64,000 nt of DNA, taken from positions 1,017 through 65,016 of the IMG/VR virus record IMGVR_UViG_2838967384_000001. One strand, written 5' to 3'. A model generated the notes under the pieces. It was not told the DNA's origin and ran no database searches. It worked only from the letters and a program-made list of their open reading frames with translations. The DNA comes from a virus (taxonomy: Duplodnaviria > Caudoviricetes). Made by a program: the position numbers and the translations under genes. The first letter of the stretch is position 1, and the number at the start of each line of letters is the position of its first letter. Positions 1-7,710 of this stretch are shown in pieces.

Positions 1-172
1 TCAGGATTTCGCCCCGCATGCGTTCGGCGAACTGGATATTAGCCTTCGTGTGCGGCAGGCGGAGCGTCTCCCGACACTCCACGCCGCGGTACATGAATTT
101 GATCCTTATCGAGGTGCTTTTGAGGCCGGCGCGCAGCTCAACGCCGCGCGGACTGGGTTTTTCTGATCCCAT
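1..172 (-). CDS. int: Tyrosine integrase, N-terminal arm-DNA-binding domain (runs off window)
   Basis: Manual translation from ATG at 172: MGSEKPSPRGVELRAGLKSTSIRIKFMYRGVECRETLRLPHTKANIQFAERMRGEIL, a DUF3596-type arm-binding motif; overlaps the xis-like gene. Confidence 0.85.
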   Translation of the reverse strand, partial: MGSEKPSPRGVELRAGLKSTSIRIKFMYRGVECRETLRLPHTKANIQFAERMRGEIL

Positions 173-435
173 TTTTCTATCCATTCTTCTACGGCCGGAA
201 GATTGATCCACAGGCGGCCGTCAACAACTTTACACTGCTCACCATCGAGCCATTTTCCAGCCTTGCGCCTGGACTGCACCGCATCAACGGTGTCGCCCGA
301 TAGCTCGACATAGCGGTCCAGCTTCACCCACTCCAGCGGGTAGCTGCCGACCGCAGCCTTGATTGCGGCATCGCGCGCGGTCTTCTCGATCCGCTCGACC
401 AGCTTTGCAACCATCTCCACGTCGTTCATGTTCAT
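106..435 (-). CDS. xis: Excisionase-like protein
   Basis: WVKLDRYVELSGDTVDAVQSRRKAGKWLDG...DGRLWINLPAVEEW winged-HTH pattern, immediately upstream of int. Confidence 0.75.
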   Translation of the reverse strand: MNMNDVEMVAKLVERIEKTARDAAIKAAVGSYPLEWVKLDRYVELSGDTVDAVQSRRKAGKWLDGEQCKVVDGRLWINLPAVEEWIEKWDQKNPVRAALSCAPASKAPR

Positions 436-1607
436 GGTGGCGTCTCCCCGTCAACCGCATCGAACACCGCCACCAGCGCGTTGTAGCCCTGCTCAGTGTG
501 GAACCGGCCCTTGGCTTTGATGAATGCTGCCACGGCGGCGCGCAGTGGGTCTGGCCCCGCCTTCGCGGCAGGTTCTTGCTCGCCCGACTGCGCGGCGTCT
601 ATCCGTTGCATTGCGGTTTGCATGTAATTGGCGCAGTCCAGTATTTCCAGCAGCGCGTGCTCCAGCCAATCGCGCAAAGGAGCTCTCGAATCTGCGAGCG
701 TCACACCGTATTTCTCGATGCCAAGTTCGCTACGTGAGCGAAGCAGGGCCACGTTCATTTCGACCACCGGGTCAGCGCATGCTGTCGCCGCATCGCGCCC
801 GCCGCCCTCATTTTCAGCAGCATTCAATGCATCTACGATCTGCATGGCTATCTCTACGCTCTCTGCCTCTGCAATTTGCAAATGCAGCATAGCGTCTGTT
901 TTGCAGATGCTGAGATTAACCCGCTTATATTTTGGATTGAGCAAAACCGGTACAGGCTCTACCGTCAACGGGCTGGTGATGCCGGGCCGGTAGTTGTGGT
1001 TTTTGTACAGGTGATTGCTATTCCCGCTCTGATCGTAGGCGACTATTTCTACATCGCTCCCAATGTCCTGCGTGACTTGGGCGTCCCTCATGCTGGCTAT
1101 TAGAATGGCACGGGCTTGGTTCAATTTAGCCAACTCGCAACGGATTGCCTCCCCGATATCGATCGACATGCCAGGCCCGTCATGCATACAGCCGTCCCAC
1201 TGCTCGCCAATGTAGTCAATCTGCGCTTGAGTCAGTAGCGGCTGCGTCTGCGCTACCTGCGCCGCCGGCGCCTTGCTCCAGTGGTAGTCGCTGTCGCGCT
1301 CGCTCACCTGCACGCCATCGCGCAGCGCCTGGGCGTAATTGCGCAGCGCGTTCCCGCCGTGATCAGGGTGGCGGGCATTGGACCATTGCAGGGCCAACCG
1401 GGCGGCGCGCTCGCGTTCGGCGGCTACGGCAGCGGCGGCGTGGGATTGGTGCGCGGCCAGCACCCGCTCGCGGAGCTGCGTGAGGGAGCAGCCCGGTTTT
1501 GTGCTGACCCGCTGCAGCGTGACCACGTCTTCGGTAATCGTGTGCCCGCAATTAATTGCCGCCATCATCAGGTCATACCCGATCTGTTTTTCAGTTTGGT
1601 TCATCAT
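432..1607 (-). CDS. Mosaic phage protein with C-terminal MazG-like/all-alpha NTP pyrophosphohydrolase-like segment
   Basis: RSELGIEKYGVTL...WLEHALLEILDCANY segment; rest unrecognised. Confidence 0.45.
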   Translation of the reverse strand: MMNQTEKQIGYDLMMAAINCGHTITEDVVTLQRVSTKPGCSLTQLRERVLAAHQSHAAAAVAAERERAARLALQWSNARHPDHGGNALRNYAQALRDGVQVSERDSDYHWSKAPAAQVAQTQPLLTQAQIDYIGEQWDGCMHDGPGMSIDIGEAIRCELAKLNQARAILIASMRDAQVTQDIGSDVEIVAYDQSGNSNHLYKNHNYRPGITSPLTVEPVPVLLNPKYKRVNLSICKTDAMLHLQIAEAESVEIAMQIVDALNAAENEGGGRDAATACADPVVEMNVALLRSRSELGIEKYGVTLADSRAPLRDWLEHALLEILDCANYMQTAMQRIDAAQSGEQEPAAKAGPDPLRAAVAAFIKAKGRFHTEQGYNALVAVFDAVDGETPP

Positions 1608-1992
1608 TTCTCCAAAATCGTTATGTCGGCGGGCGCAACCGGCCCGGTGACGCCTTCCAAGTAGACGATCATTTCCTCGTCGCCCTTATGCCAGCAGAAG
1701 CCGGCGATGAAGTAGTTCAGGCTGTTGTAAAGCACTGGGCGGCACAGCTGCTTTGCGCGGTGGATGCGCAGATCATGCTTCTCGGCCAGGTCGCGCGCGG
1801 TCGCCGCCGGCAGTTGGTCGCGGGCGCTCACAGCCACCACCAGAGGTTCGCCAGCGCGGCCAGGCTGTAGAGCAGGGCGATCAGCTGGAACGCGCGCCGG
1901 CGGCAGTGCGGGTCGCTGGGCATTGAAGCTTGCAGGTCGTTGTATTGGTCTTTTCTCATGATAAAATTTCCTCCATCTTCATGGAGGTGCCT

Positions 1993-2202
1993 ATGTGGCA
2001 GTGCCGAAAATGCGGTATGCGTTGGCCATTGGATGCTGCGGAACCTGCAATTGACAACGATGGCCCATTCTTCAGTTGCTCGGTTTGTAGCCATCGGAAT
2101 ACCCTGATGAACGTCGGAACTGGCGAGGACATCATCCTGGCCCAGCCACAGTTCGATCCACCTCTAGCCGACGAAATTCCACAGCCCAGACCCAAGGATT
2201 AG
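1993..2202 (+). CDS. Small Zn-ribbon protein, antisense to the early-left operon
   Basis: GGAGG RBS then ATG at 1993; CRKC...CSVC Cys pairs. Confidence 0.5.
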   Translation: MWQCRKCGMRWPLDAAEPAIDNDGPFFSCSVCSHRNTLMNVGTGEDIILAQPQFDPPLADEIPQPRPKD

Positions 2203-2863
2203 CCCGCCAACTGCCGGCTCCATTAATCTTCTCCCAGAGTTGCCGGAAGGAACATATCGACATCGCTTCACCAGCCGGAAATGTCATATTTATGTCGATT
2301 GCCACCTTAGTCATTCCAATGCCTTCGGCTATAGCGTCCGCTTGACTGATTTCTCGTAGCTGCTCCGCGCGCACGCTGACGATCTCCAGTAGGATGCGAC
2401 TGGCAGTGCGTGGCATGAAGATCGCCGGCCGCATGTACCAGCCGGGCAAAGCGCCGCCGGTGCGCTTCTTCGCCAGTGGCACGTCCGGATTGTCGGCCGC
2501 GTACTGGTAGGCGTGGCCGCACTCCGCCGTCATGTCGATGAAGTGCCACTCGTCGCGGCGCTTCTTCTCGCTGAAGCGCGTCACCCATCGGCCGTAGGCG
2601 ATGAAGGTTTCGCGGACCCAGATGCGTTCGCCTGGCTGGCCGTACGGGAACTTGCGACCCTCGGTTTCATCCGATGCGCCGAAGATTTCCGGACCCGGCG
2701 CATCGTAGCCGCCATTGGTGATGATGGTCGGGTTATACAAGCCAACGGTTGGGTTCCAATACGGCCCAGGCTCCGGCTTCACCGGGCGCCGCGTCTGGGT
2801 TTTCGTGCCGTCGAGCAGCGCAAGGACCATGGGCGCGCTGTAGAGCATGCCGTGCTCGATCAT
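2132..2863 (-). CDS. ASCH/PUA-like phage protein
   Basis: MVLALLDGTKTQTRR, GERIWVRET, PAIFMPR, SWRANPWVWAVEF motifs. Confidence 0.7.
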   Translation of the reverse strand: MIEHGMLYSAPMVLALLDGTKTQTRRPVKPEPGPYWNPTVGLYNPTIITNGGYDAPGPEIFGASDETEGRKFPYGQPGERIWVRETFIAYGRWVTRFSEKKRRDEWHFIDMTAECGHAYQYAADNPDVPLAKKRTGGALPGWYMRPAIFMPRTASRILLEIVSVRAEQLREISQADAIAEGIGMTKVAIDINMTFPAGEAMSICSFRQLWEKINGAGSWRANPWVWAVEFRRLEVDRTVAGPG

Positions 2864-4041
2864 GCTGTCGCTCCCGCTGCGGCGCGCACCACGTACACGC
2901 CCTGCGTGCTGCCGACGATGCCTGCCGCCTCCATGGTCTCCAGCAGCCGCGCCGCCCGGTTGTAGCTGATCCGCAGCACGCGCTGGATGAGCGATATCGA
3001 TGCCCGGTCCTGCGCGTGCACCAGCTCGACAGCCGTCTGGTACAGCTGGTCGCTGGCGCTGCCGTCACCTTCAGGCGGCACATCGCCCAGCTTCGCCACC
3101 ACGCGCTGCTGGCGCACCGGTTCGTCGCCGGCGGCCGGCCGCGTCACAGCTGGTTCACCTTCCGGCACGCCGCCCAGCGCTTCGACCAGGTCGGCCAGCA
3201 GCTTGGCCAGCTCACCGCTGACCAGAGCAAAGTCGCCGTCGAAGCGCTCCGTGTCGTCCTTCGCGTAGTTCTTCTCCTTCAGCACGTCGAGCAGCTTCAC
3301 CGACTTGATGGACAGGCCCTGGTCCAGCACGAAGCTGATCTTGCTGTCCCACGTCATGGCCAGGCGGATGCACTGCTTGCCGGCGGCGATGTGGCGGCGG
3401 AGCTCGTCGGCCACCAACGTGTGGCGCTTCCACTGGACCTGCGCCTTGCTCTCCCCGGTCGCCTGCAGGGTGGCGTCCATGTCGACCGTGAAGCCGGCCG
3501 GAGCCTCGTCCGACTGCAGCCACTCGGTCATCACGCCCACTGGAGAGCGCTGCACGCGCAAGCTCTCGACGGGGAACTTGTCGACCGCCTTCAGCAGCAG
3601 CTTGATGACCTGGTCTGCCTTCGACGGGCTGGCCGCGTCCACCACCAGCCATCCGTTGACCGGGTCGATCCAGCACCATAGGCTGTCTCGCTTGGAAAGC
3701 GCGCGCGGCAGCAGTTCATCGGCCACGCGCTCGCGCAGCTCCTTGTAGGCCTTCTTGCCGGGCGCGAAGCCTTGCGCTTCTTCCATCTCGGCGGCGCGCG
3801 CCTTCGTCGCCTGGTTGATGACGGCGGCCGGCAGCACCTTGGACTCGGTCGTCAGCTTCAGCAAGAACTGGCCGTTGACGACATGCACCAGGTCGCCGGC
3901 CGGGCGCGGCGGCTCCCAGCCTTCGCGCAGCAGCTCGTTGCTGGCTGCCGGCGCGAAGGCCTGCTGCGCCAGCATACGGTTGAGGGACTCGGCCGACGTC
4001 AGGAAGCCGGGCAGGCGGTAAATCTGAAGATTCTTAAACAT
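2860..4041 (-). CDS. rdgC: Recombination-associated protein RdgC with C-terminal FtsK-gamma-like domain
   Basis: MFKNLQIYRL N-terminus and LLPRA / FDGDFAL motifs; C-terminal DQLYQTAVELV...ASISLIQRVLRISYNRAARLLETMEAAGIVG. Confidence 0.9.
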   Translation of the reverse strand: MFKNLQIYRLPGFLTSAESLNRMLAQQAFAPAASNELLREGWEPPRPAGDLVHVVNGQFLLKLTTESKVLPAAVINQATKARAAEMEEAQGFAPGKKAYKELRERVADELLPRALSKRDSLWCWIDPVNGWLVVDAASPSKADQVIKLLLKAVDKFPVESLRVQRSPVGVMTEWLQSDEAPAGFTVDMDATLQATGESKAQVQWKRHTLVADELRRHIAAGKQCIRLAMTWDSKISFVLDQGLSIKSVKLLDVLKEKNYAKDDTERFDGDFALVSGELAKLLADLVEALGGVPEGEPAVTRPAAGDEPVRQQRVVAKLGDVPPEGDGSASDQLYQTAVELVHAQDRASISLIQRVLRISYNRAARLLETMEAAGIVGSTQGVYVVRAAAGATA

Positions 4042-5194
4042 GGTCAGCCTTTTGTTGGGTTGTGGAAGTACGGCGGTAGGTTTTGGTCAGGGCGCCGTTG
4101 ACGCTGTGGCCGCGCCGGAGTACTGCGCGCGCCAGCGCCGCCCGGTCGCTGTGGCTGCTGGCTGACTGGCCGAGCAGGCCGAAGTAGCTGTTGGCGGAGG
4201 CAAACACCTCTTCGGCGTCGATGCGGAGCACGCGGTTGACAGCCTGGCGGACTGTGCGGCGCCGGGTGCGTGTGTTCCATGGCTTGATGACGTGGCCGAC
4301 GAAGTCGATTCCGCGCGCGACCGGTTGCAAGATGGTCTTGGTCGGGTTCAGGTTCGCATGCAGCACGCTGGGCAGGAAGGTGTTGATGTCCGCCAGCGCT
4401 GCGTTCAGCCACTGCGGCGATTCGTGCAGCAGCACGAAGTCATCCACGTAGCGGATGTAGTGCCGGGCGCGCACGCGGTGCTTTACGTGCTGGTCCAGCG
4501 CATCGAGGTAGACGTTCGCGAAGAACTGCGAGGACAAATTTCCGATGGGAAGTCCGCGGTGAGCTGGATGGTTGGCCAGCCGCTTGTGCGCTGGTACCAG
4601 CGCCAGGAGCGCCGGCGCGCCGCGCAGCTCGTAGTCGTTGCGTGGGTCGTGGAAAAGGATGGTTTCGGCCAGGGCCAGCCACCAAGGCTCCGGGATCCGC
4701 GCCGCCAGCTGGCCGTGCAGCACAGCCTTGTCGATGGCGACGAAGAAGTTCGCGAGGTCGCACTTCAGGTACCAGACTGGCTTCGACCAGTTCTGGCTGA
4801 CGCTGCGCACTTTCGCCTCCAGGCGGCCGGCGGCGTACAGCGTGCCACGGCCTGGGATGCATGCGCAGGTGTCCGGGATGAAGGATGCGTAAAATCGCGG
4901 CGCCACGTGGTTGTACATCACATGGTGCACGATCCGGTCGCGGAAGTCGGCCGCCCACACTTCGCGCGGCTTCGGACGGGTGACGACGAAGCAGATCGAG
5001 GTGCCCGGCTTGTAGGTGTCGTCGATCAGCTCGTCGTAAAGCTGGATCAGGTTGCGCTCAAGGTCTTGCTCGAACACGAGAGCGCTGGGGGTATTGCGCT
5101 TGTGGCGCCGGCAGTCGAAGTACGCGACGACCAGCTCCTCAAAGGATAAGCCGACATCGTGTTGATCTGCGGATGGCGCGGGCGGCGCCGGCAT
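4034..5194 (-). CDS. DGR reverse transcriptase (start uncertain: in-frame ATGs at 5194, 5224 and 5266 all lie inside the TR)
   Basis: KPREVWAADFRDRIVHH, LKCDLANFF, GLPIGNLSSQFFANVYL (DGR-type SQ motif), YIRYVDDF, GIDFVG; next to avd and TR. Confidence 0.95.
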   Translation of the reverse strand: MPAPPAPSADQHDVGLSFEELVVAYFDCRRHKRNTPSALVFEQDLERNLIQLYDELIDDTYKPGTSICFVVTRPKPREVWAADFRDRIVHHVMYNHVAPRFYASFIPDTCACIPGRGTLYAAGRLEAKVRSVSQNWSKPVWYLKCDLANFFVAIDKAVLHGQLAARIPEPWWLALAETILFHDPRNDYELRGAPALLALVPAHKRLANHPAHRGLPIGNLSSQFFANVYLDALDQHVKHRVRARHYIRYVDDFVLLHESPQWLNAALADINTFLPSVLHANLNPTKTILQPVARGIDFVGHVIKPWNTRTRRRTVRQAVNRVLRIDAEEVFASANSYFGLLGQSASSHSDRAALARAVLRRGHSVNGALTKTYRRTSTTQQKADHV

Positions 5195-5273
5195 ACGACT
5201 TGTGGTTGTTGTTCTGGTTGCCATTGTCGAAGTTCTGGTTCCAAGCGTTAGTCGGGTAGTCGGCATGCTGCGT
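5165..5273 (-). repeat. DGR template repeat (TR)
   Basis: ACGCAGCATGCCGACTACCCGACTAACGCTTGGAACCAGAACTTCGACAATGGCAACCAGAACAACAACCACAAGTCGTATGCCGGCGCCGCCCGCGCCATCCGCAGAT; 8 AAY codons; differs from the three VRs only at adenines. Confidence 0.97.
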
Positions 5274-5444
5274 CAATTCGTACTATCTACGTCGCCCCGG
5301 AGAAGGCTCTCGGCCGATCAACGGGGAAACTGCGCCAGGCCTTCCCAAACACCGTCGGGCGGTTCCTGTGATGCGCGTGGCGGTGGCCTCGTGAGCCAGC
5401 GGTACGACCAGATTAAAATTGCACAGACCTGAATGCCGTAGCGG
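5274..5444 (-). ncRNA. Structured spacer between avd and TR (probable 5' part of the DGR RNA)
   Basis: No credible ORF; TCGTAC/GTACGA long-range pairing, CCCCG/CGGGG and CCCGA/TTGGG stems. Confidence 0.5.
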
Positions 5445-5804
5445 TCAGGTGGCGGGCAACGATGCGGTCTTCTTTCCACGCCATCCATTGGCCTGCCGGC
5501 CGATGCTGCTGGTGATCGCGATTGCGGCGGCGTATTGCGCAAGCGTGATCAGCTTCAGGTCCGTCGCAAGCCTGAACAGCAACTCCGCCACCTGGACGTG
5601 CTCAAGGAGCTTGTTCAGGTATGGCACCTTGTCGATCGCCACGTTTGCGCGGTAGACGAGGGTGGAGAGCTCCAGGCACTCGGCGTTGATCTTCTGGCCG
5701 ACTGTCGTTTTGAAGTCCCGGCGCATGTTCTTGATGAGGTTCATCGCCAGGAGCATCAGCTCGTAGGTCGCCTTGTAGATCGGAAGGTCTTTGTGGAGGG
5801 ACAT
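5445..5804 (-). CDS. avd: DGR accessory variability determinant (four-helix-bundle protein)
   Basis: 119 aa, basic and helical; HKDLPIYK...IGRQANGW pattern; lies between target gene and TR. Confidence 0.9.
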   Translation of the reverse strand: MSLHKDLPIYKATYELMLLAMNLIKNMRRDFKTTVGQKINAECLELSTLVYRANVAIDKVPYLNKLLEHVQVAELLFRLATDLKLITLAQYAAAIAITSSIGRQANGWRGKKTASLPAT

Positions 5805-5812
5805 GGGTTCCT

Positions 5813-5833
5813 TAAATTACTGAATTACTGAAT
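5813..5833 (-). promoter_or_regulatory. IMH-like element after VR1 (ATTCAGTAATTCAGTAATTTA)
   Basis: Shared by all three VRs at the same spacing, absent after the TR. Confidence 0.75.
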
Positions 5834-6235
5834 GATTAATCTGCGGATGGCGCGGGCGGCGCCGGCATACGACTTGAGGAAGCTGATCTGGCCGCCATAG
5901 TCGAAGAGCTGGAACCAAGCGAGAGTCGGGTAGTCGGCACGCTGCTCGCAGGACCAGTAGTAACGCGGCTGGAACCCCTCCTTGGCGTTCGCGAACAGCA
6001 GGCGCTGCTCGCGGCGCGTCGGCAGGCTGCCGCCGATCTTCGCCGCCCAGGCCATCGACTTGTCCCAGTCGACATCGGTGAGCTCGCCGGCCATGACGAT
6101 CACATGCGCATCAGGCGCGCCGTTCTCACCCAGCAGCAGGCCGGCATATATCTCGCCCGGCTTCAGGTTCTCTGCCAGAAACTGGCGCTTGCTCGCCGCC
6201 ATCAGCGATTCGATTTCTGCGGTATTCGATTGCAT
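5825..6235 (-). CDS. DGR target 1, DUF1566/CLec-like protein
   Basis: AGGAG RBS before ATG 6235; LPTRREQRLLF, YYWSCEQ, ARAIRR; 3' end is VR1. Confidence 0.9.
   Translation of the reverse strand: MQSNTAEIESLMAASKRQFLAENLKPGEIYAGLLLGENGAPDAHVIVMAGELTDVDWDKSMAWAAKIGGSLPTRREQRLLFANAKEGFQPRYYWSCEQRADYPTLAWFQLFDYGGQISFLKSYAGAARAIRRLIIQ
5839..5945 (-). repeat. DGR variable repeat VR1
   Basis: 107 bp colinear with TR 5165-5271; 15 mismatches, all at TR adenines. Confidence 0.97.
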
Positions 6236-6252
6236 TGCTTCTCCTTGGTGAT

Positions 6253-6711
6253 TTAGCCGCGTGGCGGCGCTTCGTGAAATTCGACGCCGAGCGATCCGCC
6301 CAGCGCGTGTATTTGCGTGATATGCCACGCCATCCCTTTGACCGTCAGCATCGTGGTCGACCCAACCAGCACGCGGTCACCGGCCGGGTCGAAATCCCAT
6401 TTCCGGTAACCCTCCAAGCACAGTTCAGGGTCGAGCTCTTCGGGCAGAAATTCCTTTTTGCAGAACTCGTGCCACACCTCGGGGCTGTACTGGCGCTGCT
6501 CGATCCACGCCTGCTCCGATAAATCCTTCAGCGGCCCCGCCCACATAAGGCCCTGCTGGTCCAGCTTCCGCGCCTTGACCTCTTCGCGCACTAGCACTTC
6601 CAGCGGCTTTTTGTCGTCCAGCGGCACGGTCCGGAGCAGGGCGATTGCGCGGTCGACCTGCTCCTGTCCGCGCAGCAGAAGCTTGCGCTGCTCGAACTTC
6701 TGGCGGGTCAA
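6253..6711 (-). CDS. ninB: NinB-family recombination protein
   Basis: ARKLDQQGLMWA...LSEQAW...WHEFCK...STTMLTVKGMAWHITQIHALG. Confidence 0.75.
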   Translation of the reverse strand: MTRQKFEQRKLLLRGQEQVDRAIALLRTVPLDDKKPLEVLVREEVKARKLDQQGLMWAGPLKDLSEQAWIEQRQYSPEVWHEFCKKEFLPEELDPELCLEGYRKWDFDPAGDRVLVGSTTMLTVKGMAWHITQIHALGGSLGVEFHEAPPRG

Positions 6712-6972
6712 GGCGGTCCCCAGACGTTGGCGCGCGCGTTCATGCGGGTACCGCCTGCACTGGCGTCACGCGCTCCAGCAAGTAGCAGCCGCTTACGCCC
6801 TTGAGCCAGATGACCGCGCTGTGCCCGCTGAGCACCTGGGCCTCGCTGGTGGTGACCGTCTCGCGAACCTCGCCGCCATCCATGCTGACCGATACGGCGG
6901 CGCCGACCTGGTGCGCCGCGTTGAACTTGTCGCAGGCGGCTTGCAGCTGCGCGGCAGATGGTGGGCGGCGGC

Positions 6973-7686
6973 TCACGCTGGACCTCCCAGGTCGACCACG
7001 TCGATCACGATGCCACGGCAATACGGCGCGCCGTCTTCGATGATCTCGAAGGTGGCGTGCGGCACGTCGGTGCGGTAGGTCCAGCTGTAACCCGGCTCTG
7101 CCGCCCACAGCGCCTCGATCTTGCGGGCGGCCGGCTCGCGGGCGAAGAAATCCTTGAGCTCGGCGTCCTCCTCGATGTTTTCGCGCTCCGGCAGCACGCC
7201 CTTGGCGTCGATAAGCGCGGTGCCGCCGTTGTAGCAGCCGAACTCGTCGTTCTCGACACCCCGGAATTCCATCAGGTCATCGCTGGCGCCGAAGATCACC
7301 AACAGACCGGCGGCCTTGGCCTGGGCCTGCTCGTCCTTCGTCAGGTCGAACGGGTATTCGCGGCCGGACAGCGCGGCGGCGAACTGGTCGCGGTTCTGGT
7401 GGTGCGCCGGCGCGGTCGCGGCCGGCACTTCCGACGGTACGCCCATGTTCTGGTACGGGTGCTTTTCCTTGCGCGGCTGCACGTGCGCCAGAAAGTGCTT
7501 GCCGACCGATTCGGCGCTGGCGAAGGCGGCGAACTCGGCAGCTGTGAAGTTGGCATAGTGGTACACGTTGCCGGGCAAGCCCTTGGCGAAGAACTGCACG
7601 GCCAGTGTCTGGCTGGCGGTGTCATGGCCGATGGCAGCCAGCTTCGAGGACTTGACCGGGGTGAGGGGGATGCTATTTGCGTTCAT
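6973..7686 (-). CDS. KTSC-domain protein fused to an unknown acidic domain
   Basis: PVKSSKLAAIGHD...TLAVQF...YHYANF...FASAESVGKHF. Confidence 0.75.
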   Translation of the reverse strand: MNANSIPLTPVKSSKLAAIGHDTASQTLAVQFFAKGLPGNVYHYANFTAAEFAAFASAESVGKHFLAHVQPRKEKHPYQNMGVPSEVPAATAPAHHQNRDQFAAALSGREYPFDLTKDEQAQAKAAGLLVIFGASDDLMEFRGVENDEFGCYNGGTALIDAKGVLPERENIEEDAELKDFFAREPAARKIEALWAAEPGYSWTYRTDVPHATFEIIEDGAPYCRGIVIDVVDLGGPA

Positions 7687-7710
7687 GGGTATCTCCTGGT
7701 GGTGGGCGGG

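Noticed and set aside
4034-5266. RT as group II intron, retron or Abi RT
   Set aside because: No maturase or intron RNA context; avd, TR and A-specific VRs identify it as a DGR.
5047-5542. Short ORFs across the TR and spacer (65-76 aa)
   Set aside because: They overlap the TR and structured spacer, have no RBS or recognisable domain, and are by-products of the repeat.
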